A stretch of DNA of 64,000 bases from Bacteroidia bacterium (GCA_044368575.1 JBIPPH010000008.1:1408-65407); one strand, 5' to 3'; numbered from the stretch's first letter, positions 25,674 to 36,183 are shown. Notes: generated from the letters alone by a model not told the origin. Numbers and translations: made by a program.

Positions 25674-27773
25674 ATGGCCGTTTTAAGCAAACTTCGCAAC
25701 TCCACTTGGGTACTGTTTTTAGTACTGGTGTCATTGGCACTATTCATCATCAGTGATTACTTTTCAAGCAATAACAAATATGGCTTGAGTTCTGGTGAAA
25801 ATGTCGGAGAAATCAATGGTACTGACATATCAATCATTGAATTTGACAGCAGATACAAGCAATTATTATCTCAAATGAGTGCTAATGGCACTGTAGAGAC
25901 TGAAGAAACTCGAACACAAGCTTCTAATTACGCTTGGAATCAATTCATTCAATCATTAATCATCGACAAAGAATTTAATAAATTAGGTATTGATGTAACC
26001 GTCAAAGAAGCTGGAGAACTTTTATATTCAGAGAATGCCCATCCAACCATTAAACAATATTTCAGCAGAGATGGTGTATTTTCTCCATCAAATGTTTTGA
26101 ATTTTAAAAACCAAATGGCTAAGAAAGACCCTAAGGTTATGGAGCAATTTGAAATGATCATTCAACAAGTAGTACTTGAAGTACAAAACAGAAAATACAA
26201 CTCTCTTTTGACCAAATCAATTTACGGCACTTCTTTGGATGCTGAAAATGAATACTATAATAGCACAACAAATTATAACGGCAAATCAGTAACGCTCAAT
26301 TTTGCTTCCATTGAAGACAAATCAATAAAAACCAGCGATGATGAATTGAAAGATTACATCAACTCTCATAAAGATGAATTTGAACAAAAAGCTTCAAGAG
26401 ACCTTAATTACATCCTAATCAATGTTGCGCCGTCTTCACAAGACACCCTCAAAATTAAAGAGGACTTATTGGCATCAAGAAATGAATTTGCAACTACTGA
26501 AGATGACTCAGCTTATATCTCTTTAAACAGCACTCAAGCATACAGCGGTAATTTTCAATCTCATGGCTCATTCAGAAAAGAATTTGAAAGTAAATTATTT
26601 AACAGTGCTAAAGACAGTGTGTTAGGTCCTTTCTATTATGATGGTGGATTTAGCTTATTCAAAGTCACCAACAAAAAAACTGACTCAGTATCATATTTTC
26701 ATGCCATTAAAGTTGACTTACCGGTTAAAGGCAACACAGCTAAAGACACTTTAGCTGCTATGGCCGCTGGTAAACAATTAGGTATTGCCTCAAATAGTGC
26801 TGCTAATTCTTTAGACTTTTTCAATTCTAAAATGAATACAGGTGAAGTGGTTTACGCTCAAGATTTAGGTTGGATGAGAGAAGGCACCCAATCAGAAGAA
26901 ATTAACAAAGCCATCAAAACTTTAAGTGCTGGTCAATCAACTGTAGTAAAATCTTTATATGGTTTAACACTCATTAAGTTAATTGAACCAAAATCTTCTG
27001 AATTGATTCAAGTAGCTGAACTTAGAAAGCCAATTGAAGCATTACAATCTACTCAAGACGAAGCCTACAAAAAAGCTAGTGAGTTTCGCAATGCACTCAA
27101 CACAGAGTCTAAAGAAGCTTTTGAAAATGCTGCTAAAAAATTCGGTTTAGCTAAAAGTGTTGCAAACAATCTCAAAGAAGAAGATAGAACTATGACAGGT
27201 ATTCCTGGCACCCTTGAAGTGATCAGATGGGTATACAATGAAAAAAGAGCGTTAAATGACATTTCTGATGTTATTTCAACTGACAATAACCTAATTGTTG
27301 CTCAATTAGTTAAAATCAGAGAAGAAGGCACAGCCGAAGTTGAGGATGTTAGAGAAAAAGTAACTCGTTTAGTAATCAACGACAAAAAAGCAGAAATGCT
27401 TAAAAAGAAATTAGAAGATGCAGCCAATTCAAGTAAAACACTTGATGAAATTGCCACTAAGGTTCAATCTGCGGTTCAACCTTTCTATAACATTAACTTT
27501 TTTTCAAATAATGTTCAGTTTGCTGGCAATGACATGAAATTGGTAGGTTACGTTTGTGGTCTTAAACCAAATGTAATGAGCAAACCAATTGTAAGCAATG
27601 ACGGTGTAAGTATACTATTAGTTGAAGGTGTTACTAAACCTGAAGCGCCTAAAGATTTAGACAACAGAAAATTGGCTATGTTTGATCAAAAGAAACAACA
27701 AGTATACAATGCTGTTTACGAGGGCATGAAAAAAGTATTCAAAGTTGAAGACTTCCGTTACAAATATTATTAA
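25674..27773 (+). CDS. PpiD-like periplasmic chaperone / peptidyl-prolyl isomerase (SurA N-terminal domain family)
   Basis: N-terminal membrane anchor WVLFLVLVSLALFIISDYF. The 699-aa length and SurA_N-like beginning are typical of Bacteroidetes PpiD. Confidence 0.75.
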   Translation: MAVLSKLRNSTWVLFLVLVSLALFIISDYFSSNNKYGLSSGENVGEINGTDISIIEFDSRYKQLLSQMSANGTVETEETRTQASNYAWNQFIQSLIIDKEFNKLGIDVTVKEAGELLYSENAHPTIKQYFSRDGVFSPSNVLNFKNQMAKKDPKVMEQFEMIIQQVVLEVQNRKYNSLLTKSIYGTSLDAENEYYNSTTNYNGKSVTLNFASIEDKSIKTSDDELKDYINSHKDEFEQKASRDLNYILINVAPSSQDTLKIKEDLLASRNEFATTEDDSAYISLNSTQAYSGNFQSHGSFRKEFESKLFNSAKDSVLGPFYYDGGFSLFKVTNKKTDSVSYFHAIKVDLPVKGNTAKDTLAAMAAGKQLGIASNSAANSLDFFNSKMNTGEVVYAQDLGWMREGTQSEEINKAIKTLSAGQSTVVKSLYGLTLIKLIEPKSSELIQVAELRKPIEALQSTQDEAYKKASEFRNALNTESKEAFENAAKKFGLAKSVANNLKEEDRTMTGIPGTLEVIRWVYNEKRALNDISDVISTDNNLIVAQLVKIREEGTAEVEDVREKVTRLVINDKKAEMLKKKLEDAANSSKTLDEIATKVQSAVQPFYNINFFSNNVQFAGNDMKLVGYVCGLKPNVMSKPIVSNDGVSILLVEGVTKPEAPKDLDNRKLAMFDQKKQQVYNAVYEGMKKVFKVEDFRYKYY

Positions 27774-27778
27774 TAGTC

Positions 27779-28876
27779 ATGTCAAACATTGATTTTTTGC
27801 CATTGCATGGCACGGACTACATTGAGTTGTACGTTGGCAATGCCAAACAGGCCGCACATTTTTACAAAACGGCATTTGGATTTCAGAGTTTAGCCTACTC
27901 AGGTCCGGAAACTGGCGTTAAAGACAGAGCTAGTTACGTTTTGGTTCAAAACAAAATGAGATTGATCCTTACCTCTCCATTGAGTTCTGATTCTGATATT
28001 GCTAAGCACCATTTAAAACATGGCGATGGTGTAAAAACCCTTGCCTTAATGGTTGATGATGCCTACGATGCCTTTCAACAAACAACTTCTAGAGGCGCAA
28101 AACCTTATTTAGAACCATGCACTTTAACAGATGCTCATGGCGAAGTTAAAATGAGTGGCATCCACACATACGGCGATGTCGTGCACATGTTCATAGAACG
28201 CAAAAACTACAATGGCGTATTTATGCCAGGTTTCCAAAAATGGGAAAGTACATACAATCCTGAACCTACTGGTTTATTATATGTAGACCATTGCGTTGGT
28301 AATGTGGGTTGGAACCAAATGAATACTTGGGTCGCTTATTACGAAAATGTTTTAGGCTTTAAGAATATCTTATCATTTGACGACAAAGACATTTCTACAG
28401 AATACTCTGCCCTTATGAGTAAGGTAATGAGCAGTGGTAGTGGTTTTGTTAAATTCCCTATCAATGAACCTGCAGAAGGAAAAAGAAAATCTCAGGTTGA
28501 AGAATTTCTTGACTTTTATGAAGGTGAAGGCACTCAACACATTGCAATTGCTACTAATGATATCGTTTCTACCGTTAGACAATTAATGGCAAGAGGCGTT
28601 GAATTCTTGAAAGTGCCAAACACATACTATGATGACTTACTCGACAGAGTTGGCCCTATTGAAGAAGACATAGAACCTTTAAAAGAACTTGGTATATTAG
28701 TAGACAGAGACGATGAAGGCTATTTATTGCAATTGTTTACAAAACCTGTAGAAGACAGACCTACCATGTTTTATGAAATCATTCAAAGAAAAGGCGCTAA
28801 ATCTTTTGGAAAAGGAAACTTTAAAGCCTTATTTGAGGCCATTGAACGCGAGCAAGCCTTAAGAGGCAACTTATAA
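27779..28876 (+). CDS. hppD: 4-hydroxyphenylpyruvate dioxygenase
   Basis: Two VOC repeats and the C-terminal FYEIIQRKGAKSFGKGNFKALFEAIEREQ signature. Confidence 0.92.
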   Translation: MSNIDFLPLHGTDYIELYVGNAKQAAHFYKTAFGFQSLAYSGPETGVKDRASYVLVQNKMRLILTSPLSSDSDIAKHHLKHGDGVKTLALMVDDAYDAFQQTTSRGAKPYLEPCTLTDAHGEVKMSGIHTYGDVVHMFIERKNYNGVFMPGFQKWESTYNPEPTGLLYVDHCVGNVGWNQMNTWVAYYENVLGFKNILSFDDKDISTEYSALMSKVMSSGSGFVKFPINEPAEGKRKSQVEEFLDFYEGEGTQHIAIATNDIVSTVRQLMARGVEFLKVPNTYYDDLLDRVGPIEEDIEPLKELGILVDRDDEGYLLQLFTKPVEDRPTMFYEIIQRKGAKSFGKGNFKALFEAIEREQALRGNL

Positions 28877-28882
28877 GCCCAA

Positions 28883-29683
28883 ATGCCAAATACAGTTTCA
28901 ACGGTCGATATGATTGGCAGAAATGTCAAGATTAATCAACCAATAGAACGTATTGTCTGTTTGGTGCCATCTATTACTGAACTTCTTTTTGAAATTGGAC
29001 TGGGCCATTTAGTGGTTGGTGTTACAGTGTTTTGTATACACCCAGTTAAAGCCATTAAAAGTTTACCTAAAGTTGGGGGCACAAAGAAGGTGCGCATGCA
29101 AGCCATTGAAGACTTGAGACCAGATCTTATCATTTGCAATCAGGAGGAAAATACGCTTGAAATGGTACAAGCCCTTGAAGAGCAATTTCCGGTTTGGGTC
29201 AGTTCAATCAGTAATTTAAAGGAATGTTATAGATTAATATTAGAATTAGGCCATATTCATGGAGTTACCCAATCGGCTTTGAATCTTCAACAAGCTATTC
29301 AAAAAGCCTTTGCTGAGATCAAAATCAGGCACCGTTATAGATGCTTATACTTGATTTGGAGAAACCCATACATGAGCATAGGCAAAGACACCTTTATACA
29401 CCACATGTTGTCTTTGGCCGGATTTGACCATGTAATTGACAATAACAGATACCCTGAAATCAGCTCTGAAACTATAAAAGATTTAGCGATTGATGTATTG
29501 CTTTTGTCTTCGGAGCCCTATCCTTTTAAAGATAAACACATCGCTGAATTACAAACGCTTTTACCCAATATTCCAATATTATTAGTCGATGGTGAATTGT
29601 TTAGTTGGTATGGTAGTCGATTACTCCACTCCCCTGCTTATTTTAATGATTTACAAAGACAATTACATTTAATCAAACGATAA
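28883..29683 (+). CDS. BtuF-like / helical-backbone metal-receptor type substrate-binding protein with no obvious signal peptide
   Basis: RIVCLVPSITELLFEIGLG...VGGTKKV..EDLRPDLIICN is typical of cluster A-2 binding proteins. The N-terminus MPNTVSTVDMIGRNVKI is not hydrophobic. Confidence 0.65.
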   Translation: MPNTVSTVDMIGRNVKINQPIERIVCLVPSITELLFEIGLGHLVVGVTVFCIHPVKAIKSLPKVGGTKKVRMQAIEDLRPDLIICNQEENTLEMVQALEEQFPVWVSSISNLKECYRLILELGHIHGVTQSALNLQQAIQKAFAEIKIRHRYRCLYLIWRNPYMSIGKDTFIHHMLSLAGFDHVIDNNRYPEISSETIKDLAIDVLLLSSEPYPFKDKHIAELQTLLPNIPILLVDGELFSWYGSRLLHSPAYFNDLQRQLHLIKR

Positions 29684-30447
29684 TGGCCATCATCATCAAA
29701 ACCCAAGAGCAAATTGAGGGCATACGCAAAAGTGCCCAATTGGCTGCTGAAACTTTAAAATACATTGAACCATTTGTACAGCCAGGCATTAGCACAGCAG
29801 AATTGGATCAAAAAATCGATCAATTTGTAATAGAACATGGTGCTACTCCAGCTACTAAAGGCTACAGAGGCTATAAACATGCCAGTTGTATTTCTCCAAA
29901 TGATGTGGTTTGCCATGGTGTTCCAAATGAGTACATCATAAAAGATGGAGACATCGTCAACATTGATGTAACCACCATCTTAAATGGTTATTATGGCGAC
30001 ACCTGTAAAATGTACGAAGTGGGCAATGTTAGTGCATATGCTAAACAATTGATTCAAGTGACTAAGGAGTGTTTGAGACTGGCCATGGAGGAATGCAAAC
30101 CAGGCAATCATTTAGGCAATATTGGCTATGTGATTAACCAACATGCTGTAAAGCATGGATACAGTGTCGTGTTTGAATTTTGTGGACATGGCGTAGGCCT
30201 TCGCTTCCATGAAGACCCTCAAGTGGATCATGTGGCCAAAAAGGATTCTGGCATACTATTAAGACCGGGCATGACCTTCACCATAGAGCCTATGATCAAT
30301 GCTGGTAAAGCCAGGTGCAAAGTTGACAGACGCGATGGCTGGACTGCTAGAACCATTGATGGCAAACTCTCTGCTCAATTCGAGCACACCATTCTGATCA
30401 CAGAAACAGGATATGAAGCATTGACCGATGTTTACGGCGATTTTTAA
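29683..30447 (+). CDS. map: Type I methionyl aminopeptidase
   Basis: Metal ligands lie in DIVNIDVT...GYYGD...CGHGVG...FTIEP...EHT. Confidence 0.95.
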   Translation: MAIIIKTQEQIEGIRKSAQLAAETLKYIEPFVQPGISTAELDQKIDQFVIEHGATPATKGYRGYKHASCISPNDVVCHGVPNEYIIKDGDIVNIDVTTILNGYYGDTCKMYEVGNVSAYAKQLIQVTKECLRLAMEECKPGNHLGNIGYVINQHAVKHGYSVVFEFCGHGVGLRFHEDPQVDHVAKKDSGILLRPGMTFTIEPMINAGKARCKVDRRDGWTARTIDGKLSAQFEHTILITETGYEALTDVYGDF

Positions 30448-31649
30448 CTAATTGATTCTTTGATTTTAGAGTAAACATTATGTATTTTCTGAATAATACT
30501 TGATGTTGGATATGGACTATTTAAATTACTATCTTGAGTAATAAAATATTCAGCCATAGTCATGATATCATATTTAACAAATTTGATTTTACTAAACTGA
30601 GTCATTACTTTATCTAAAAAGGTAATTTCGTATACATTAAGTTTGTGTTTTTGTATCCATTGATTATAATTTTCTTTCCCTTTAATATTCAAATTAAAAA
30701 GACTTAAGATAAATTCTAATTCATAAAAACAAACTATTCTGTATCTCCACCAAATATGTTTTGAATTAATTCTAATAATATCAAATTCAACTATAGACAA
30801 AACAATAAAAATTACATAATAAATCATTGGCAAATCAGGCATTCCTAATCCATACAAATCAAATCTCAATGCCATTATTGAACAATTGTAATAAGCCACT
30901 AAAACTAAAAAAAACCAAATTAAATTTATCATAACAAAATAATGTAGTTTCAAATAAGACAAAGACATCCAAATGAATTGTGTTTTCATATGCATAGTTT
31001 TGTAAATAATGACTACATAAAATCCAAAAACAATCTCTAAAATGGTTTCAGCTAATTCAATATTCTCAAATATTATTTTGGGTCTTGGAATGATGTTATA
31101 AAATGAGGTTAATAAAAATATGATAAGTCCAAACAAAAGAGCGCTAATAAACACTTTTAAAAAATCACCAATTCTTTTTATTGATGAAATATTAGTAGGT
31201 TTGAAATTATTTAAAAATGTTTTTTCATCATTTAAATCATAATAATCATTTTTGTTTTCTGATTCATTAGTCTTATTTAAATTATTTGATTCTTGAAAAG
31301 ATGCATTGATTAAATTAAAATACTTAGTCACAAGTTTATCCCATAATTTATCATTCGGTTTTTTAACAGTAAATGATTTATTAGCTTGCACTTCAAAAGT
31401 TTCATTAAACAAATGATATTTGAAAAAATATTGCTTATTACTTCCTACTTCTTTCAAATAAAAATCAATTGGAATCACAGGGATTTTATTGCCATCTTCG
31501 CTTGAAATGTAAAACAAATAATTATGGTCTTTCAAAAACCTATTATATGATTTTAGAGTCAAAGAGATGCCTTCAAGTGATTCAAGTTTTTGATTAAAAT
31601 CTAGAAGATAATTTTTGAATTTTGAATGATTTAAATAGTCTAACTTCAT
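30444..31649 (-). CDS. Orphan multi-pass membrane protein of unknown function in a sharp low-GC patch
   Basis: 401-aa uninterrupted ORF. It has a soluble N-terminal domain of about 160 aa, 4-5 hydrophobic helices (for example FLKVFISALLFGLIIFLLTSF and LIWFFLVLVAYY) and a soluble tail of about 80 aa. Hand counts on two 60-nt lines give 13% and 25% GC, against 52% on one line of the neighbouring map gene. Confidence 0.6.
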   Translation of the reverse strand: MKLDYLNHSKFKNYLLDFNQKLESLEGISLTLKSYNRFLKDHNYLFYISSEDGNKIPVIPIDFYLKEVGSNKQYFFKYHLFNETFEVQANKSFTVKKPNDKLWDKLVTKYFNLINASFQESNNLNKTNESENKNDYYDLNDEKTFLNNFKPTNISSIKRIGDFLKVFISALLFGLIIFLLTSFYNIIPRPKIIFENIELAETILEIVFGFYVVIIYKTMHMKTQFIWMSLSYLKLHYFVMINLIWFFLVLVAYYNCSIMALRFDLYGLGMPDLPMIYYVIFIVLSIVEFDIIRINSKHIWWRYRIVCFYELEFILSLFNLNIKGKENYNQWIQKHKLNVYEITFLDKVMTQFSKIKFVKYDIMTMAEYFITQDSNLNSPYPTSSIIQKIHNVYSKIKESIS

Positions 31650-31743
31650 TTAAATGTAGTTTGTTTATTACCGTTTTATATTATCAGAATGGTATAAATC
31701 TTGTGTAATAGTTCTAAGATTAGTTCGCTAATTTGCAACAAAT

Positions 31744-34700
31744 ATGTTTAAGCACCTAATATTTTTATTTTTATTGATTGGTTCAATAAGTCTTAAAGCT
31801 CAAACCAGCTTTAGTTCAGAACCTGCTGTTTTCATTGAGGAGTTCAAGACATTTATGTCTGCCTCTAAAAAATCAGATATTCTAAAAGCTACAGATAATT
31901 TCATCAAAGTATGGAAAAGTGGAAAGGTGACTGAAGAGCAGAAGTTGTTTATTGTTCAAATCAGTAACAACATGATGTACAAACAGCTCCCGCGCGAACC
32001 CTATTTTGAGTTATTGGTTAGCAACTTGGATTTGTACTATCAAAAAGCTTTGAATGAAAAACTCTTAAAGCAATGGCAAAGCATCAGTAAAACCTTACTC
32101 GATAAAAACCCTAAAGAATATCTAGCCTTTTTAGAAACTGCCAACGGCTTATTCAAAGACAACACCTTTAACCGCTCTGACGCTAGACGATGGTATGCTT
32201 CCAACAACAATTTTGAATTCAATTACATTAAAAACAGAGTGGTTATTAGCTTCAATGCACTCGATTTACATTGTGATGCTGAATTGGATAAAATTAAAAT
32301 CATGAATTGTGCTGGCGCTTATTATCCTGATAAAAAAATATGGATAGGCAGCAAAGGTAAAATCAATTGGGAACGCGTTGGCAAACCAGATGCTGAAGTA
32401 TACGCTGAATTCACCAAGCACCAAATCAATTTCAATTCAGGAGGCTTTAAATTGGATTCTGCTAAATTGTTTTATCCTAAAATTTCACAAACACCTTTGT
32501 GGGGAACACTCGAAGAACGCATCTCTCAATCGGTTTCTGTAGATCAAATCAAACAATCTGGTTTTCCTAAATTCATCAGCTTTGAGCCCAGTATTGAAAT
32601 CAAAGGCATAGTTGGTGACATGGCGGTTTACAAAGGCGGTTTTAGCATAGAAGGGGCAAAAACCAATTCTCAAAACTTTGGAGAAGGCCAAGCTAAAATC
32701 ATTTTAATGTACCAAGGCAAACCCTTTATTGAAGTACAATCAGATGCATTCAGACTGGATTCAAACAAAGTGATGAGCCAACATGCTGCCATTAAACTAA
32801 AAGTTGACACAGGCTTCATTACCCATCCTAACATTGGCTTTAATTACAATATCAGTAATAAAAAACTCATTTTAACCCGAGGCAGTGAGGGCCTAATGCG
32901 CATGCCTTTCTCAGATAATTACCACGGGGTTGAAATTGATGTCGATCAATTGATATGGGATCAAAAACTCCCTTATATTGATTTTGACATGATCAATAAT
33001 GAAAAAGCTGCTTATGTTGAAACCAATACCTTTTTCAAAAAACTATTATTTGAAAAGCAACAAGGCGCCTTATTGCAAAACCCATTGGAAAAACTCTTTT
33101 ACTACTGCCGTCAAAACAGTACCAGAGCCTTCAATCTCAACCAATATGCCGCTGGCATTAATTCTAAAAAAGAATTCTTAATGCAACAAGTCATGGACAT
33201 GGCAGACGATGGCTTTATTTATTATTTCCCTAAAAATGACTCCATTTATGTTAGAGACAAACTGTACAATTGGAACTCCAACAATACAGGAGGTAAAGAT
33301 TACGATGTATTGAGATTTGGAAGCATTATTGCGGCAAAGCCAAACATCACTTACAACTTCAATTCCCATGAACTAAAAATGGAAGGGGTAAGAAAATTCA
33401 CCTTCTCAGACTCTCAAAACGTTACATCACTTCCTAAAGATCAAAGATTGATCATTAAGAAAAATAAGAACTTGCATTTTTCCGGCATGATCAGAGCAGG
33501 TAGAATTGATTTCTATTCTCAAGATTTCAATTTTGATTATTCAGGCTTTCAGATCAACAATACCACCATGGACAGCATGGTGATTTATTACCCAGACGAA
33601 AACCTCAAAAGCTTAAGAAAAGTAGAAAGTGTTTTGTCTAATACTTATGGTAGAATTTTAATAGACAAATCCAACAACAAATCGGGGCTAAAGAATTTTG
33701 CAGAATACCCAATTTTCATTGCAGAACGTGGATCAGAGATCAATTACGACAGAGCTCTTACCCACAACCACTCCTACAAAGCCGATAAGTTTAAATTTGA
33801 AGTTGACCCATTTGTAATTGATTCCCTTGACAATTTTACCATTGCTGGTTTTGGCTTTAATGGCACATTGGTATCTGATGGTATTTTCCCTGATATCAAA
33901 AATGTCGCAAGAATTCAACCCGATTACTCTTTAGGATTTGTGGACCAAGTTAATTTACCAATGTATCAAGGCAAAGGCAAGGGTGATCTTACCATCAACC
34001 TCAGTAATAGAGGGTTTTATGGCAGCGGTACAATTGAATACGAAACCAGCACATCAAAATCTCCTGAGTATTTGCTTTTACCTGACTTAACCACTGGTCA
34101 AAGCACCAGCTTTGATTTACCAGAGAGTGGCAAATACCCACTGGTAACAGCCGCCAATGTTAAAACGGAATGGTATCCTAAGAAAGACAAAATGCTTCAA
34201 ACGAAATTAGACAGCAATTTGAAAATCTTTAAAATGGGCTATGATTTTGATGGTCAAGTTACTCTTTCGCCTCAAGATTTACATGGCAATGGCAAATTGA
34301 TGTGGTCTGAAGCACATTTCAGCAGTCAAGACATGGTGTTCGGCAGAAATCAAAGTAAAGCTGCAGCTGCGAATATTCAAATTTTCGCGGTTGATCCTAG
34401 CAAATTTGCATTCGAATGCAATAATGTCAAAGGCAATTTGGATTTTGACATTCGAATTGGCCATTTCAATACCAATGATGTAGGCGCCTATACCCACTTC
34501 CCTTACAACCATTATTCAAGTAACATGAATGATTACCATTGGGACATGAATAAAAAAACCATGGAGATCAAGCCTGGTGTAGCTATGGGACAAATCAAAC
34601 CTATGTTTGCTGGTTTACCTCAAGACGCCAAGGACAGTGTAAAATTTGAATGTCATTATGCCAAATTTGATTTAATCAAAAACGTCCTTTTCATGGAAAA

Positions 34701-36114
34701 AATCCCATACATAGACGTTGCCGACAGCAGAGTGTTTCCATTTGAAGGTAAGGCAATCGTTCGTGAAAAGGCTTATATGGATAGATTAGATAGTTCAAGA
34801 ATTGAGGCCAACAGAAACGATAAGTTCCATGAAATCAAAAACTGTAGAACCTTTATTCACGGAGGCAATAATTTAGCAGCTACAGGCTATTACCGTTACA
34901 TTGATAAATACAATAAAGAACAGCCATTAATAGTCGATAGTATCAGAATAGATGCAGACAAACATTTAGTTGGTTACGGCAGAATTGAAGAAAACAAACT
35001 CTTATACCTCGATAAAAAAATTGGATTCAAGGGCACCTTTAAAATCATCAGTACCAGCAGACCAATTGAGTTCATGGGCTTTGTTAGACCAATGCATTCA
35101 TTTGTGAAAATGGAAACGCTTTGGTTAAGATACAGAGATGTGGTAGATCCTAAACACGTTGTGATCAATGTTAACAACCCTAGAGATAAAGACAATAAGC
35201 GCTTGTCGATTGGTTTGTACTTTGCCAATGACAGCAATCACGTTTATCCAATTATGTTTGATTTAAAACGCCGTTATAGCGATCCTGAATTACAATCTGA
35301 CACAGGCATCATGTATTACGACGATGTCAAAGATGCTTTCATGATTGGCAACGAAGACAAACTCATGAACCATGGATTAAAAGGCAACTACATTCAGTTC
35401 AATGAAAAGGACCATAGTGTGTTTGCTGAAGGTAAATTTGATTTCAATATTCAAGCGCCAAAAGTGCATTGCGTATCAGCAGGTACTGCTACTCATGCCG
35501 CTACAGATAGCACCTTCAGATTTAACTTAACCATGTGGTTAGACTTCCCTTTTTCAGCGGAACTCAAGGCCAAAATCCTTAAAGTATTGAATGCTGAAAA
35601 TGCTGGCAGCCCTGCACCAAATCAAAAAACCGCAGATGTCAAAATGGGCATTGCTGAATTGATTTCAGACGAAAAACTCGCTGGCAAAATGATCAAGTCT
35701 TTAGAATCTAATGGCGTTGTTCCTGCTGATGGTGAGTTTAAATCTGGATTTGTGTTTACAGATATTGATTTGGCCTTTAACCGCATCAGAAGAAAATTCA
35801 TTTCAACGGGGTCTTTAAGCATGCCATTGTTTAACGGCATCATCGTAAATAAAAACTATAGTACAACTATTGCCATTGAGAAAAAGCGAAGTGGCGATAA
35901 AATCTACCTATACATAATGACCGATGCCGGAGATTGGATGTACTTCGAATACATGAGAGGCAATATGATGATTGCCAGTAGTAATGCGGAACTGGTTACC
36001 GCTATTACTGCAGAAGCCACTAAAATGAGCGATGAACAATTCTTAATTCGATTGGGCAGTGAAAAAGCTAAAGACAACTTCTTGAAACGCAATGACGCTG
36101 ACCCTGACGAATAA
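31744..36114 (+). CDS. 1456-aa secreted protein of unknown function
   Basis: Signal peptide MFKHLIFLFLLIGSISLKAQ and a long uninterrupted ORF. I recognise no catalytic motif or T9SS CTD. Confidence 0.8.
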   Translation: MFKHLIFLFLLIGSISLKAQTSFSSEPAVFIEEFKTFMSASKKSDILKATDNFIKVWKSGKVTEEQKLFIVQISNNMMYKQLPREPYFELLVSNLDLYYQKALNEKLLKQWQSISKTLLDKNPKEYLAFLETANGLFKDNTFNRSDARRWYASNNNFEFNYIKNRVVISFNALDLHCDAELDKIKIMNCAGAYYPDKKIWIGSKGKINWERVGKPDAEVYAEFTKHQINFNSGGFKLDSAKLFYPKISQTPLWGTLEERISQSVSVDQIKQSGFPKFISFEPSIEIKGIVGDMAVYKGGFSIEGAKTNSQNFGEGQAKIILMYQGKPFIEVQSDAFRLDSNKVMSQHAAIKLKVDTGFITHPNIGFNYNISNKKLILTRGSEGLMRMPFSDNYHGVEIDVDQLIWDQKLPYIDFDMINNEKAAYVETNTFFKKLLFEKQQGALLQNPLEKLFYYCRQNSTRAFNLNQYAAGINSKKEFLMQQVMDMADDGFIYYFPKNDSIYVRDKLYNWNSNNTGGKDYDVLRFGSIIAAKPNITYNFNSHELKMEGVRKFTFSDSQNVTSLPKDQRLIIKKNKNLHFSGMIRAGRIDFYSQDFNFDYSGFQINNTTMDSMVIYYPDENLKSLRKVESVLSNTYGRILIDKSNNKSGLKNFAEYPIFIAERGSEINYDRALTHNHSYKADKFKFEVDPFVIDSLDNFTIAGFGFNGTLVSDGIFPDIKNVARIQPDYSLGFVDQVNLPMYQGKGKGDLTINLSNRGFYGSGTIEYETSTSKSPEYLLLPDLTTGQSTSFDLPESGKYPLVTAANVKTEWYPKKDKMLQTKLDSNLKIFKMGYDFDGQVTLSPQDLHGNGKLMWSEAHFSSQDMVFGRNQSKAAAANIQIFAVDPSKFAFECNNVKGNLDFDIRIGHFNTNDVGAYTHFPYNHYSSNMNDYHWDMNKKTMEIKPGVAMGQIKPMFAGLPQDAKDSVKFECHYAKFDLIKNVLFMEKIPYIDVADSRVFPFEGKAIVREKAYMDRLDSSRIEANRNDKFHEIKNCRTFIHGGNNLAATGYYRYIDKYNKEQPLIVDSIRIDADKHLVGYGRIEENKLLYLDKKIGFKGTFKIISTSRPIEFMGFVRPMHSFVKMETLWLRYRDVVDPKHVVINVNNPRDKDNKRLSIGLYFANDSNHVYPIMFDLKRRYSDPELQSDTGIMYYDDVKDAFMIGNEDKLMNHGLKGNYIQFNEKDHSVFAEGKFDFNIQAPKVHCVSAGTATHAATDSTFRFNLTMWLDFPFSAELKAKILKVLNAENAGSPAPNQKTADVKMGIAELISDEKLAGKMIKSLESNGVVPADGEFKSGFVFTDIDLAFNRIRRKFISTGSLSMPLFNGIIVNKNYSTTIAIEKKRSGDKIYLYIMTDAGDWMYFEYMRGNMMIASSNAELVTAITAEATKMSDEQFLIRLGSEKAKDNFLKRNDADPDE

Positions 36115-36175
36115 GCATTAAACAACTGATAATCATAACATTAAACTCAAATTTGCCCTATTTTTAAAAAAGTGG

Positions 36176-36183
36176 TATATTTG
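36176..36183 (+). promoter_or_regulatory. -7 box (TATATTTG) for plsY
   Basis: Exact TAnnTTTG, 32 nt upstream of the ATG at 36216. Confidence 0.5.
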
